Positions 37,685 through 47,469 of a stretch of 64,000 nucleotides of DNA are shown one piece after another. The position numbers were made by a program, and so were the translations under genes. The stretch is from positions 1,432,188 through 1,496,187 of the forward strand of contig CAWGSZ010000009.1 of the NCBI GenBank assembly GCA_963825295.1, written 5' to 3'. Source of the stretch: Vicinamibacterales bacterium. GTDB taxonomy: Bacteria > Acidobacteriota > Vicinamibacteria > Vicinamibacterales > JAMQPK01. Under the pieces are notes generated by a model. That model made no database searches and was not told the origin of the DNA. It was given only the letters and a program-made list of their open reading frames with translations. Every line of letters begins with the position of its first letter. Position 1 is the stretch's first letter.

Positions 37685-38440
37685 TCAGCGTGCCGAGCCG
37701 AAGTCGCCGGCGAGATCGTCGACCCCGAGGACGCGCTCGCTCGACGGCGCAGGCCGATAGTCCTGAACCGCCGACACCTCGCCGGTTTCGACCATTTGCT
37801 TGAAGCGGCGCAGATCTTCGGCAATCTGATGCTGCGGGTCTTCGCCCAGCAGCCACGCGACCGTCGCGCCGATCTTGCCGGCGGGCGGGTCGTACTGCAG
37901 CTTCACCCGCACCTCGGTCGCCAGCTCGCCCGCCGGCTTGAAGCGCACCGATCCCGCGCTGACCACTTCGGACTCTCCTACCGATTTCCACGACAGCAGC
38001 GTGGGCGGGATGTCGTTGATGATCTCCGCATCCCAGCCGACCGTCACGCCGAGCGGGCCTTTCGCCGACCAGTGCGAGTGCAGCCGATCGACGACGCGCA
38101 CTTCCTCGAGGTGCTCCATGAAGCGCGGCAGGTTCTCGATGTTCCGCCAGCAGGAGTACACGTCGCTGACCGGGCGATAGATCGTGATCGCGTCTTCGAC
38201 GAGGACGCCGTGCTCGCCACCCAGGTGGCGTTTCGTCGAGTCATCGAGGCGGCGCCGATCGGCGTCGATGGCCGCCGTCACCGGACACCAGCCGCTCGCG
38301 CCGCGGGCGATGAGGCCCAGCCCCGTCGCTTCCAGCGCGCGATTCGCTCGCTTGTGGCCAAGGACCGCCAGCGCAGCGCCCGCAATCATCGACGTCCACC
38401 GGGCGGTCGGAGAGATATTGTGTTTGTACATTGATGTCAT
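37685..38440 (-). CDS. SRPBCC (cyclase/dehydrase) family protein with N-terminal DUF2892-like membrane segment
   Basis: ..RWTSMIAGAALAVLG..GLGLIARGASGWCP.., followed by a polyketide-cyclase-like domain (IYRPVSDVYSCWRNIENLPRFMEHLEEVRV..). Confidence 0.8.
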   Translation of the reverse strand: MTSMYKHNISPTARWTSMIAGAALAVLGHKRANRALEATGLGLIARGASGWCPVTAAIDADRRRLDDSTKRHLGGEHGVLVEDAITIYRPVSDVYSCWRNIENLPRFMEHLEEVRVVDRLHSHWSAKGPLGVTVGWDAEIINDIPPTLLSWKSVGESEVVSAGSVRFKPAGELATEVRVKLQYDPPAGKIGATVAWLLGEDPQHQIAEDLRRFKQMVETGEVSAVQDYRPAPSSERVLGVDDLAGDFGSAR

Positions 38441-38518
38441 CAGTGGCTCCGTTCGAGACGCCCCGCGTCATGCTCCGGGGGGTTTGGGGATTAGGGTGCA
38501 GGATGTGTGCCTGTTGAA

Positions 38519-38650
38519 GAGTCTTGGAGTCTCGGGAGTCTCGGAGTCTTGGAGTCCGAAGAGTCCAAAAGAGTCCGAAGAGTCGATGAGTCCGAAGAGT
38601 CCGGAGAGTCCGGAGAGTCCGGAGAGTCGGAAGAGTCGGAAGAGTCAGCC
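38519..38650. repeat. array of 15 GAGTC-containing 8-10-mers (consensus GAGTCCGAA)
   Basis: Direct reading. The array lies immediately 3' of the rluA-like gene and overlaps its stop codon. Confidence 0.85.
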
Positions 38651-39661
38651 TTGGCGGAGTTCGGTGAGCAGATCGCGCAGGTCTTCGGGCAGTGGCGCTT
38701 CGAACGAGACTGGCGTCTGTTCGACAGGATGTACGAAGCCCAGCCGCCACGCGTGCAGGGCCTGACGGCTGAAGGGAACCGGACGCAGCACCTCCGGACC
38801 GTACACGTAACGGGCTTCGCCGACGAGCGTATGGCCGCGCAGGCGCGCCTGAATGCGAATCTGATTCCGCTTGCCCGTCGTCAGCCGGATTTCGACGAGC
38901 GACGTCGATTCGAACGTCTCGACCACCTTGTAGCGGCTGATGGCTTCGGCCGCGCGCGGGTCGCTCGGATGCGTCTCTTTCTGGATCAGCGCTTTCTGAT
39001 CCCAGACGAGATGGTCGCGCCAGGTCCCCGACGACGGCTCGGGATGCCCGTAGACGACCGCCAGATACACGCGTTCCGGCGATCGTTCGCGAAATTGCTG
39101 TTTGAGCGCCGCCTGCGTGCGCGCATCTTTCGCGAAGAGCACGACGCCTGATGTATCGCGATCGATCCGGTGGACCACCAGCGGCTTGCGCTTGCCGTGC
39201 GATCGCAGGTGCTGTTGGATTTGATCGAAGATGGACTCCTCTTCGCCCCGCCGCTCGAGCGGCACCGAGAGCAGTCCTGCCGGCTTGTCGAGCACGATAA
39301 GGAACGGATCCTCGTACAAAATGCGCAGAGGCCCCGCCGTAAACGCCGTCGCTCGGCGGCGCGCGCTGCCGGGGCGATCTTCCCACACGCGGATTTCATC
39401 GCCCACCTCGAGCGGCACTCGAATCTGGTCGCGCCCCGCTTCCGTCCCGTTCACGAACACCTTGCCGCGTTCACGCGCCGCCGCCGCCTTCGACCGCGAC
39501 CCCAGCCGCCCTTCCGCCGCCAGAAACTTGTCGAGCAACAGTCCCGCGTCTTCCTCCGACACCTTCCACACTTTTCCCTCAACTCTCGGACGACTCGCCA
39601 GACTCTTCGGACTCTTCGGACTCTCTCGACTCCGAGGACTCTCAAGACTCTTCCGTTTCAT
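38645..39661 (-). CDS. RluA-family pseudouridine synthase with S4-like N-domain
   Basis: Catalytic motif HRIDRDTSGVVLFAK, then ..RNQIRIQ.., ..LHAW.L.F.HP. The ATG at 39661 overlaps the MFS stop (ATGA). N-terminal residues 5-25 are encoded by the 9-mer array. Confidence 0.85.
   Translation of the reverse strand: MKRKSLESPRSRESPKSPKSLASRPRVEGKVWKVSEEDAGLLLDKFLAAEGRLGSRSKAAAARERGKVFVNGTEAGRDQIRVPLEVGDEIRVWEDRPGSARRRATAFTAGPLRILYEDPFLIVLDKPAGLLSVPLERRGEEESIFDQIQQHLRSHGKRKPLVVHRIDRDTSGVVLFAKDARTQAALKQQFRERSPERVYLAVVYGHPEPSSGTWRDHLVWDQKALIQKETHPSDPRAAEAISRYKVVETFESTSLVEIRLTTGKRNQIRIQARLRGHTLVGEARYVYGPEVLRPVPFSRQALHAWRLGFVHPVEQTPVSFEAPLPEDLRDLLTELRQG
39581..39654. repeat. array of 7-8 GACTC-containing 9-mers (GACTCTTCG), inverted relative to 38519-38650
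   Basis: GACTC occurs at 39592, 39601, 39610, 39619, 39628, 39637 and 39646, an exact 9-nt period. Confidence 0.8.
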
Positions 39662-40971
39662 TCCTTCTCCGGCGGCGCCATCAGATTCGCCGCGGTCTGC
39701 AGCCCCTGCGCGACTTCCGGCAGAATCCCCATCCGCACGTAGATCGGACGCACCAGCGCGCGAATCTCGGGCAGTTCCCGTGAAAACCAGGCGGCCGTCG
39801 CGAAGCACAAGAGACCGCTGAGCGCCACGGTATGCGGCGCGCCGATGCGCGTCGAGAGCCAGCCCGCCAGCAGGCTGCCGAAAGGCGCCGTGCCGAGAAA
39901 CGACATCGTGTAGAAGCTCATCACGCGGCCGCGCTTCTCATCGTCGACGATCGTCTGGATGACGGTGTTGGTCGACGCCATCTGCACCATCATGCCGAAT
40001 CCCGTCACGATCATGAACGCGAACGACACCCAGAGCCAGCGCGAGAGGCCGAATCCGATGAGGCCTGTTCCGAAGACCACGGTGTTGATCAGGATCACGC
40101 GGCCGAGCCCGACGACCGACCTGCGGCTGGCGAGCCACAACGCGCCGCTCAACGCGCCGATACCCGACGCGGTCATCAGAAACCCCAGCGTGTGCGGACC
40201 GCCGCCCAGAATCTGATCGGCAAACACCGGCATCAGGACCGAAAACGGCATCGCGACCAGGCAGAGCCAGGCGAGCTGGGCCATCAGCGATCGGATCGGC
40301 CGGAACCCGAAGACGTACCGCCACCCTTCGAAGAGGTGCTCCATCATGCCGGCGTGCGGCGCCACGCGGTTCAGCAGCCGGACGTTCTTCATCATCAGGA
40401 GCGCGATGATGACCGCGAAGTAGCTGATACCGTCTACCAGAAAACACCACGCCTCTCCCGAGGTCGCTATCACGACACCGGCGATCGACGGACCGACCAG
40501 CCGCGCGGCGTTGAACATCGACGAGTTCAACGCGATGGCGTTCGCGAGGTCGTCCCTATCCGTGATCATGTTGCTCAGGAACGCCTGGCGCGCGGGCATG
40601 TCGAACGCGTTCACGAGACCCTGGACGGCGTTCAGCGCGATGACGGCGGGCACCGTGATGTGGCCGGTGAACGTCAGAACGGCCAGCGTGAATGACTGGA
40701 TCATCGACACCGTCTGCGTCACGACGAGCACACGATGACGATCCCAGCGGTCGAGAAAAGCGCCCGCGAACGGACCCATCACGAAACCCGGGAACTGTCC
40801 CGCGAACCCGACCACGCCGAGCAGCATCGCCGAACCCGTCAACCTGTACACCAGCCAGCTTGTCGCGGTCATCGAGATCCAGCTGCCGATGAGCGAGACG
40901 ATCTGTCCGCCGAAGAACAACCGGTAGTTGGGATAGGAGAGCGCGCGGAGCATGAACGAGACGCGGGTCAT
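39658..40971 (-). CDS. MFS transporter (EntS/MFS_3-like)
   Basis: About 12 TM helices, N-terminus ..YRLFFGGQIVSLIGSWISMTATSWLVY... ATG at 40971. Confidence 0.85.
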   Translation of the reverse strand: MTRVSFMLRALSYPNYRLFFGGQIVSLIGSWISMTATSWLVYRLTGSAMLLGVVGFAGQFPGFVMGPFAGAFLDRWDRHRVLVVTQTVSMIQSFTLAVLTFTGHITVPAVIALNAVQGLVNAFDMPARQAFLSNMITDRDDLANAIALNSSMFNAARLVGPSIAGVVIATSGEAWCFLVDGISYFAVIIALLMMKNVRLLNRVAPHAGMMEHLFEGWRYVFGFRPIRSLMAQLAWLCLVAMPFSVLMPVFADQILGGGPHTLGFLMTASGIGALSGALWLASRRSVVGLGRVILINTVVFGTGLIGFGLSRWLWVSFAFMIVTGFGMMVQMASTNTVIQTIVDDEKRGRVMSFYTMSFLGTAPFGSLLAGWLSTRIGAPHTVALSGLLCFATAAWFSRELPEIRALVRPIYVRMGILPEVAQGLQTAANLMAPPEKE

Positions 40972-41003
40972 CGTCGATCGTCCATCGTCGATCGTCCATC
41001 GTC
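40967..41003. repeat. heptamer array GTCGATC/GTCCATC (reverse complement of the 31961-32044 units)
   Basis: Five units abut and include the MFS start codon (40969-40971). Confidence 0.75.
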
Positions 41004-41159
41004 TGGAACTGATCTTGCACATATCATGGACGTGCACCACGAACACCACTATCACCTGCCCCACCAAGCGCTGTGGTTTGTCGTGATGCTGATAGTGCTT
41101 CTGTTGTTGCTGACGAGAGAGGCTTCATCCGTCGGCCGATCGACGTGGACGATGGACGG

Positions 41160-41975
41160 TCAGTGCGTCATCGCATACAGCAGGATGTTGATGCCGATGG
41201 CGTAGCCCTCGACCGAGAAGTTGTAGAAGTAGGTCGGATCGTCGGCTTCGCGCTCGTAAGAGTCGCCGAAGTCGGTGTTGTGCGAGATGAACACCATGAC
41301 GTGGCCCTTCGCGTCGAGCACTGCCCGCGCGTTCGCCGTGGCGCTGTCCGATCCCCGCTCCGACGTCGTGCCGCTGTAGACCCACGCGATCGACGGAATC
41401 TGCGGAAACCGCTTCGAGTCGAAGAGCGTGTGGAAGATCGAATGGTTCATCGGCACGTCGATAATGGGATATTCGCTGGCCGGCAGAACCTTCCGCAGCT
41501 CTCGCTCCCAGTGCGCCCACGCATACGAACCCCAGAAGTCGTCAGCCCAGAGGAACCCGCCCTTCTGCAGGTACTCGCGCAGCGCCTTCGCTTCCTGATC
41601 GTCGAACGAGGCGGCGCCGACTTCGGTGATCATCACGAAGGGGCATTGGAAGAGCTCTGGATCGGTCGCTTGAACGACGACGTGATTGGGTTCGCGCGCG
41701 GAATCGAAGTTGACCAGCGCCTTGGTAAGCTCGGCCAACCGGATCGGCAGGTTCATGTCGGCGCGCGGGTAGTCGACGCCCCATCCGCCACCGTCTCCGT
41801 CGTAGGCTTCGCGAAAGGCCAGGCGACAGAACGTGAAGTCGCCGGTCCAGGTGATGTCGGCGGGCCGCTTGATGCCGTACATGCCGCCGCGCCGTCCTCG
41901 TCGTTGTGCTTCGAGGAGGGCCGTCGTGCCTATGATCAGGACGAGGCCAAGCGCGATCAGTTTTTTCACCCTCAT
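41160..41975 (-). CDS. DUF4159 domain-containing protein
   Basis: Signal-anchor MRVKKLIALGLVLIIGTTALL. ..FTFCRLAFRE..GGGWGVDYPRADMNLPIRL.. and ..GGFLWADDFWG.. are typical of DUF4159. Confidence 0.8.
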   Translation of the reverse strand: MRVKKLIALGLVLIIGTTALLEAQRRGRRGGMYGIKRPADITWTGDFTFCRLAFREAYDGDGGGWGVDYPRADMNLPIRLAELTKALVNFDSAREPNHVVVQATDPELFQCPFVMITEVGAASFDDQEAKALREYLQKGGFLWADDFWGSYAWAHWERELRKVLPASEYPIIDVPMNHSIFHTLFDSKRFPQIPSIAWVYSGTTSERGSDSATANARAVLDAKGHVMVFISHNTDFGDSYEREADDPTYFYNFSVEGYAIGINILLYAMTH

Positions 41976-42018
41976 AGGGCCCGTGATTGAGTCTACACGA
42001 CCTGCCCGGCGGGACGCG

Positions 42019-42402
42019 TCAGTGCACTTCGCCCTCGCACTCCGGACATTGAATCTCGACAAAGTGGAGCCACGCCGCAATTTCCCGGGCCGACGGAAGC
42101 GCCGACACGTTTTCGGCCGACGCAATCCACTGCATTTCTCCCCATCGATCGGCAACGGCGCACCCAGGCAGCGGCATCCCCTCAATCGGGTTGGTCGTCA
42201 CCACCACGACCGCGTCATGGACGGCCATTGCCTTCTGGGCATCGCGCAGCTCCTGGATGTAGGACTGCGCGTCGGCCGACGCGTCTTCCGACAGGCACAC
42301 GAGCGCCAGGTTCTTCTTCTGCCACAGATCGGCATAGCTCACGTGCACATCGTCGATGGTGGTGCACTCGAATCGCGGAATGTGATCGCCCTTGTTCAGC
42401 AT
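42019..42402 (-). CDS. redoxin-like (AhpC/TSA-fold) hypothetical protein with C-terminal CPEC
   Basis: MLNKGDHIPRFECTTIDDVHVSYADLWQKKNLALVCL resembles a peroxiredoxin N-terminus, but the usual catalytic Cys context is absent. Confidence 0.55.
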   Translation of the reverse strand: MLNKGDHIPRFECTTIDDVHVSYADLWQKKNLALVCLSEDASADAQSYIQELRDAQKAMAVHDAVVVVTTNPIEGMPLPGCAVADRWGEMQWIASAENVSALPSAREIAAWLHFVEIQCPECEGEVH

Positions 42403-42437
42403 CGTTCCCTAAAGAGTAAAGGTGTCGCGTTCGTTTT

Positions 42438-43923
42438 TCAACGTTCAAACGACTCGCGTTTGCTCGATTCGGACAATTTGATGATGTATTCTTCGGGACG
42501 TTCCCAGAACATCGTCTTCAGCTCCGCCAGGCCGGCCGCCCCGCCGTAACTGATTGAAGAAGACAGATGTTTGAGCATGCCGGCGATAATGGGACGCGCA
42601 GAACCGCGCAGCGGCACGCTGACTTCGAGCCCTTCGGCCCCGAGCGTGTCGACATCGACCGTATCGGCGTCTTCGACGTCGAGGCGATCGACCATGGCGC
42701 CAATCGACGCCATGCCCCGAAAGACCTTGAACGGCACGCGGACCACCTTCTGCGATTCCGGTAGTACGACAGATTTGTGTACGGTTTCGCCTGGCGTCTC
42801 GAGCGTGCCGGCGAAAGCGTTGCCAAGCATGACGGTATCGCCGCCAAACAACAGCGCTTCGATGATGGCGCCGTCGCGCTTGATGCCGCCGTCGGCGATG
42901 AGCGGAATCCTCGAGCCGACCGCCAGGCGGCACTCCACCAGCGCTTGAAGCTGGGGAACGCCGAAGTTGGTATTGAGCCGCGTCGTGCAGCCGCCGCCAG
43001 GACCGATGCCGACTTTGATGCCGTTCACACCCCGCTCGGCCAGGTATCGCGCCCCTTCGATGGTGGCCACGTTGCCGGCGACCAGCTCGAAGTCGCCGAA
43101 CCTGGCACGAAATGCCTCGAGTGCCTTGGCCATCACGACCGAATGGCCGTGCGCGATATCGACCACGAGGACGTCGGCGCCCGCTTTGATGAGCTCGGCG
43201 GCCCGTTCGAGATAGTCGCCCTTCGCGCCAATCGCAGCGCCCACGCTAAGGCGGCCCTGGGCGTCGCGCGTGGCCAGCGGCAGGCGCTTCTGCTCGATGA
43301 TGTCCCTGGCGGTGATGAGGCCGACGAGCACACCGCTGGCGTCGACGAGCGGCAGCTTCTTGATCTTCCGCTCGATCATGATGTGCTCGGCCTCGTCGAG
43401 CGAGAATCTCGCCCCGGTGCACCACCAGCTTGTCGAGCGGCGTCATGCGATCGCTGACGCGCTTCTCGCCGGCTACGAACCGGAGGTCGCGCGAGGTGAG
43501 CAGTCCCTGCAGCTTGCGCGCCCCGTCGACGACGACCAGCGTGCCGACCCCGGACTTCTTCATCATCCGGGCGGCGTCTGTCACTCTGTCGGCCGGCGAC
43601 ACGGTATAGGGATCGGGAATGACGCCGTGCTGCGTGCGCTTGACGATTTCGACCTCGCGCACCTGCGCGGCGATATCGCCGCCGCGGAAGCCGCGATCGA
43701 TGATGCCCAGGCCCCCTTCTTCGGCCTGGACGACGGCCATGGCGGCCCGCGTAATCGTGTCCATGTTCGCCGACACGATCGGATGCTTCAGCGTGATGTG
43801 CTCGGAGAACCGCGCGGAGAGATCGATGGTCTTCGGATCGCGGCGCTCGAGCACGCTGAATCGAGGCGAGAACAGGAAGTCGTCGAACGTGCAACCCCGG
43901 ACCGCGTCCAGCAGTTGAGACAT
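42438..43923 (-). pseudogene. guaB: IMP dehydrogenase; single frame break in the CBS region as assembled
   Basis: The N-terminal part (..HPIVSANMDTIT..CBS..DKLVVHRGEI) and the C-terminal part ([37 protein letters not shown]..) are in adjacent frames. They join if one base of the AA at 43405-43406 is skipped. Confidence 0.9.
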
Positions 43924-43960
43924 GCGGTCATCATAGCCTGACTGATATCATGTACACCTT

Positions 43961-45523
43961 TTGAGAAGTCGCCGCATCCGCTACCACGCGTTCGCGATCG
44001 GCCTCGCCGGGATTCTGGCGGGCGCCATCGGCGATCTGCTGTTTGCGCAGGGCGGCAGCCCCATCACCGTGCTGTCGCGCGAGGGACGCCGCACGCTGCC
44101 GGCCGTCGAAGTGCAGAACCGCCAGATGGTCGGCCTCGACGACCTCGGTAATCTCTTTCAACTGCAGATCCGAGACGACGCAGCCGCGCACGCAGTCACC
44201 GCCACCTACAAGAACCAGACGATCGTGCTCACCCCCGATCAGGCGCTCGTGTCGGCGTCGGGCCGCCTGGTCTCGCTGCCCGCGCCGCTCGTCCGGCGCA
44301 GCAACCGATGGCTCGTGCCGGTCGAGTTCATCAATCGCGCGCTGGCGCCGATCTACGACGTGAAGCTCGATTTCCGCGCCGACTCGCGCCTGCTCGTCGT
44401 CGGCGATCTGCGAGTGCCACGGCTGACGACCCAGTACGACGACACACCTTCGTCGCTGCGGGTCACCTTCGAGATCACGCCACGGTTCAACGCCACCGTC
44501 ACGCAGGAACAGAACCGGCTGCTGGTCAGCGTCGACGCCGACGCGCTCGATGCGTCGCTCACCGCACCGCCGCAGCAGGGCCTGCTCGGCGCCCTGCGCT
44601 TCGCCGACGCGAATACGATTCAGATGGATCTCGGCCAGCGGTTCAGCTCGTTTCGCACGCTACCCGCAACTTCGCGCGGTGCGGCGTCCGTCATCACGGT
44701 CGAGCTGCTTGCGGCCGCCGCTCCCGAGTCGACGGCGGGACCGGCTGCGACGCCTCCACCGGCCGCGACGGCGTCCCCGGTTCCGGCAACGCCATTGCCT
44801 GTGTTCGGCGGCGCCGCTCGTCCCACGCTGCGCACGATCGTGATCGACCCGGGACATGGCGGCGACGACACCGGCGTAAAGGGGCCTGGCGGCGCCAGCG
44901 AGAAGGAACTGACCATGGCCATCGCACGGCGCCTGAAGGGCGCGATCGAAGGACGTCTCGGCATGCGAGTCCTGCTGACGCACGAAGGCGACAATCGCAT
45001 CGGCGCCGACGCCCGGGCGGCGCTCGCGAACAACAACAAGGCCGATTTGTTCATCAGCCTGCATGCGAACGGATCGCCGCGGCCAGCCACGCGCGGCGCC
45101 ACGATCTTCACGCTCGGCCTCGATCGCGTCGGCGAAGACGCGCGCCGGCAGTCGCAGGCCGACAGCGCGGTGCTGCCGGTGTTCGGCGGCGGATCGCGGG
45201 AAGTGTCGCTCGTCGAATGGGAGCTCGCCCAGGCCAGGCATCTCGACGGCTCCAATGCGTTTGCGGGCATCGTTGAAGAGCGGATGCGCGCGGTGGGCGC
45301 GATGGCGTCGGTCGCGCTCCAGCGCGTGCCGATGCGCGATCTCGCCGGCACCAACATGCCGGCGGTGCTCATCGAGCTCGGCTACCTGTCGAATCCCCAG
45401 GACGAAAAGCTGCTGACGACGGCCGAGTTCCAGAACGGCATCGCCATCGCGCTGACCGATGCCATCGCCGCGTTCAAAGATCACCTCGAGGGCGCGCCTG
45501 ACGCGCCGCCGCCGGCGCCATGA
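43961..45523 (+). CDS. N-acetylmuramoyl-L-alanine amidase (AmiC-like, N-terminal AMIN-like domain)
   Basis: IVIDPGHGGDDTG..EKELTMAIARRL..DLFISLHANG is an Amidase_3 signature. TTG start at 43961. Confidence 0.85.
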   Translation: MRSRRIRYHAFAIGLAGILAGAIGDLLFAQGGSPITVLSREGRRTLPAVEVQNRQMVGLDDLGNLFQLQIRDDAAAHAVTATYKNQTIVLTPDQALVSASGRLVSLPAPLVRRSNRWLVPVEFINRALAPIYDVKLDFRADSRLLVVGDLRVPRLTTQYDDTPSSLRVTFEITPRFNATVTQEQNRLLVSVDADALDASLTAPPQQGLLGALRFADANTIQMDLGQRFSSFRTLPATSRGAASVITVELLAAAAPESTAGPAATPPPAATASPVPATPLPVFGGAARPTLRTIVIDPGHGGDDTGVKGPGGASEKELTMAIARRLKGAIEGRLGMRVLLTHEGDNRIGADARAALANNNKADLFISLHANGSPRPATRGATIFTLGLDRVGEDARRQSQADSAVLPVFGGGSREVSLVEWELAQARHLDGSNAFAGIVEERMRAVGAMASVALQRVPMRDLAGTNMPAVLIELGYLSNPQDEKLLTTAEFQNGIAIALTDAIAAFKDHLEGAPDAPPPAP

Positions 45524-46113
45524 AGTATCGATTGAAGTATCGATCGCGCACGTTTGGCTTGTACATCGGCCTGGCAACCGTTCTCGGCGTCGGCCTCATC
45601 GTGTTGGCGGTATTGGGGCCGCGATGGCTGGTGACCGTTCCCGACGCAGAGATCGCCACCGTCGCCACCACGCCGGCCGCCGAAGCACGGAAGATCCGCG
45701 CGCGCTTGTTCTATGTCGACGAACAGGGGACCGGCCTGACCGGCGTCGAGCGGGAAGTGTTGTACGGCGAGGGCACGATCGAACAGGCGAAGCGCATCGT
45801 CGAAGCGCAGATCGCGGCGCCACCCGAGCCGCTCGCGTCGCCGATTCCGACGGGCACCGCGCTCCGCAGAGTGTTTTTCACGAAGGCCGGCGACATGTAT
45901 GTCGATCTCAGCCCCGAGCTTCGGCAGAATCATCCCGGCGGCACCACGAACGAGATTCTGACGGTCTACGCGATCGTCAGCGCGTTGACGACGAACCTGC
46001 CGGCCGTCACCGGCGTGCAGATCCTCATTGACGGCAAGGAGGTCGATACGCTCGCCGGCCACCTCGACCTGCGGCGGCCAATCGAGCGGGATCCCAAATG
46101 GATAACCAACTGA
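45520..46113 (+). CDS. GerMN domain-containing protein
   Basis: ATGA overlap with the amidase gene, one TM anchor, and the C-terminal ..[19 protein letters not shown].. pattern typical of GerMN. Confidence 0.7.
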   Translation: MKYRLKYRSRTFGLYIGLATVLGVGLIVLAVLGPRWLVTVPDAEIATVATTPAAEARKIRARLFYVDEQGTGLTGVEREVLYGEGTIEQAKRIVEAQIAAPPEPLASPIPTGTALRRVFFTKAGDMYVDLSPELRQNHPGGTTNEILTVYAIVSALTTNLPAVTGVQILIDGKEVDTLAGHLDLRRPIERDPKWITN

Positions 46114-46838
46114 TGCGAGTAGACAACAGAGCCCCCGACCAGCTTCGCCCCACACAACTCCACGCGCAGTACCTCCTGCATCCCGAAGGGTCCGTGCTGA
46201 TCGAATCGGGACGGACGAAGGTGATCTGCACCGCGTCGGTCGAGGACCGCGTGCCGCCGTTCCTGCGCAATACGGGAAAGGGCTGGGTGACCGCCGAATA
46301 CGGCATGCTGCCGCGTGCGACCTCCACGCGAAACACGCGCGAGGCCTCGACGGGCAAGGTGGGCGGCCGGACGCAGGAGATCCAGCGACTCATTGGACGC
46401 TCGCTTCGATCGGTGATGAAATTGGATCAGCTCGGCGAGCGGACCGTGTGGATGGACTGCGACGTCGTGCAGGCCGACGGTGGCACGCGCACGGCGGCGA
46501 TTACCGGCGCCTTCGTCGCCCTGGTGCTCGCACTCCAGAGCATCCGCGAAAAGGGACTCCTCGGCGAGATTCCGGTGACCGACTACGTCGCGGCCACGAG
46601 CGTGGGCATCATCGAGAGCACGAGCATGCTCGACCTTGCCTACGAGGAAGACTCGCGCGCCGAAGTCGACATGAACGTCGTTATGACCGGCAGCGGCAAG
46701 TTCATCGAAGTGCAGGGCACCGCCGAGGGACTTCCCTTCGGCCGGGACGCGCTGAACGATCTGCTCGATCTCGCCCAGAAAGGGATTGGCCACCTGATCG
46801 CGCTGCAAAAGCAGGCGGTGGGGCACATCCTGAAGTAG
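46113..46838 (+). CDS. rph: ribonuclease PH
   Basis: ..RPDGR-like N-terminus ([12 protein letters not shown]), [50 protein letters not shown]. The alternative upstream start is at 46098. Confidence 0.9.
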   Translation: MRVDNRAPDQLRPTQLHAQYLLHPEGSVLIESGRTKVICTASVEDRVPPFLRNTGKGWVTAEYGMLPRATSTRNTREASTGKVGGRTQEIQRLIGRSLRSVMKLDQLGERTVWMDCDVVQADGGTRTAAITGAFVALVLALQSIREKGLLGEIPVTDYVAATSVGIIESTSMLDLAYEEDSRAEVDMNVVMTGSGKFIEVQGTAEGLPFGRDALNDLLDLAQKGIGHLIALQKQAVGHILK

Positions 46839-46841
46839 TCG

Positions 46842-47438
46842 GTGGTGACGAGCGTTTTGATCGCGACAACGAATCCGGGCAAGGTTCGCGAGATCCTGCG
46901 CATCCTCGACGGACTGCCGCACGAATTGAAAACCCTCGCGGACTTTCCTGGCATACGGGTTCCAGAAGAGACAGGCGCCACGTTCGCCGAAAACGCGTCG
47001 CAAAAGGCCAGACACTATGCCGGCCTCACCGGCATGGTGACGATGGCCGAGGATTCCGGGTTCGAGGTCGACGCGCTGAACGGCGACCCGGGGATTTTCT
47101 CGGCGCGCTATCTGCGCGAGGACGCGACCTACGACGAGCGCTTCGCGGACATCTATCGTCGCGTGCGCGAGGCCCGCACGCATGATCGTCGCGCGCGGTT
47201 TGTCTGCGCGCTCGCCGTGGCCCAGGGTGACACGGTGATGTTCGAAACCACCGCGACCGTCGAAGGCGAACTGGCCGGTGCGCCCGCCGGACCGAACGGC
47301 TTCGGCTACGACCCGGTGTTTTTCTATCCACCGTACGCACGGACGTTCGGCGAAGTGTCGGACGAGGAAAAGACCGCCGTCAGCCACCGCGGTCAAGCCA
47401 TGCGCGCGTTTCGTGAGTTCCTCATCCGCCGCAACTGA
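46842..47438 (+). CDS. rdgB: RdgB/HAM1-family non-canonical purine NTP pyrophosphatase
   Basis: VLIATTNPGKVREI.., ..EDSGFEVDALNGDPGIFSARY.., ..GFGYDPVFF.., in the conserved rph-rdgB arrangement. Confidence 0.9.
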   Translation: MVTSVLIATTNPGKVREILRILDGLPHELKTLADFPGIRVPEETGATFAENASQKARHYAGLTGMVTMAEDSGFEVDALNGDPGIFSARYLREDATYDERFADIYRRVREARTHDRRARFVCALAVAQGDTVMFETTATVEGELAGAPAGPNGFGYDPVFFYPPYARTFGEVSDEEKTAVSHRGQAMRAFREFLIRRN

Positions 47439-47469
47439 TGCGGACTTTTTCTTGCATCTGCGCTACCAC

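Noticed and set aside
38519-38650. Possible CRISPR array or coding repeat: the short regular repeats here and at 7326-7401, 26383-26457, 31961-32044 and 39581-39654.
   Set aside because: The units are 7-10 nt and contiguous with no spacers, and there are no cas genes. These are micro- or minisatellite arrays. The plus-strand ORF 38507-39151, built from the GAGTC array, is antisense to the rluA-like gene and was judged spurious.
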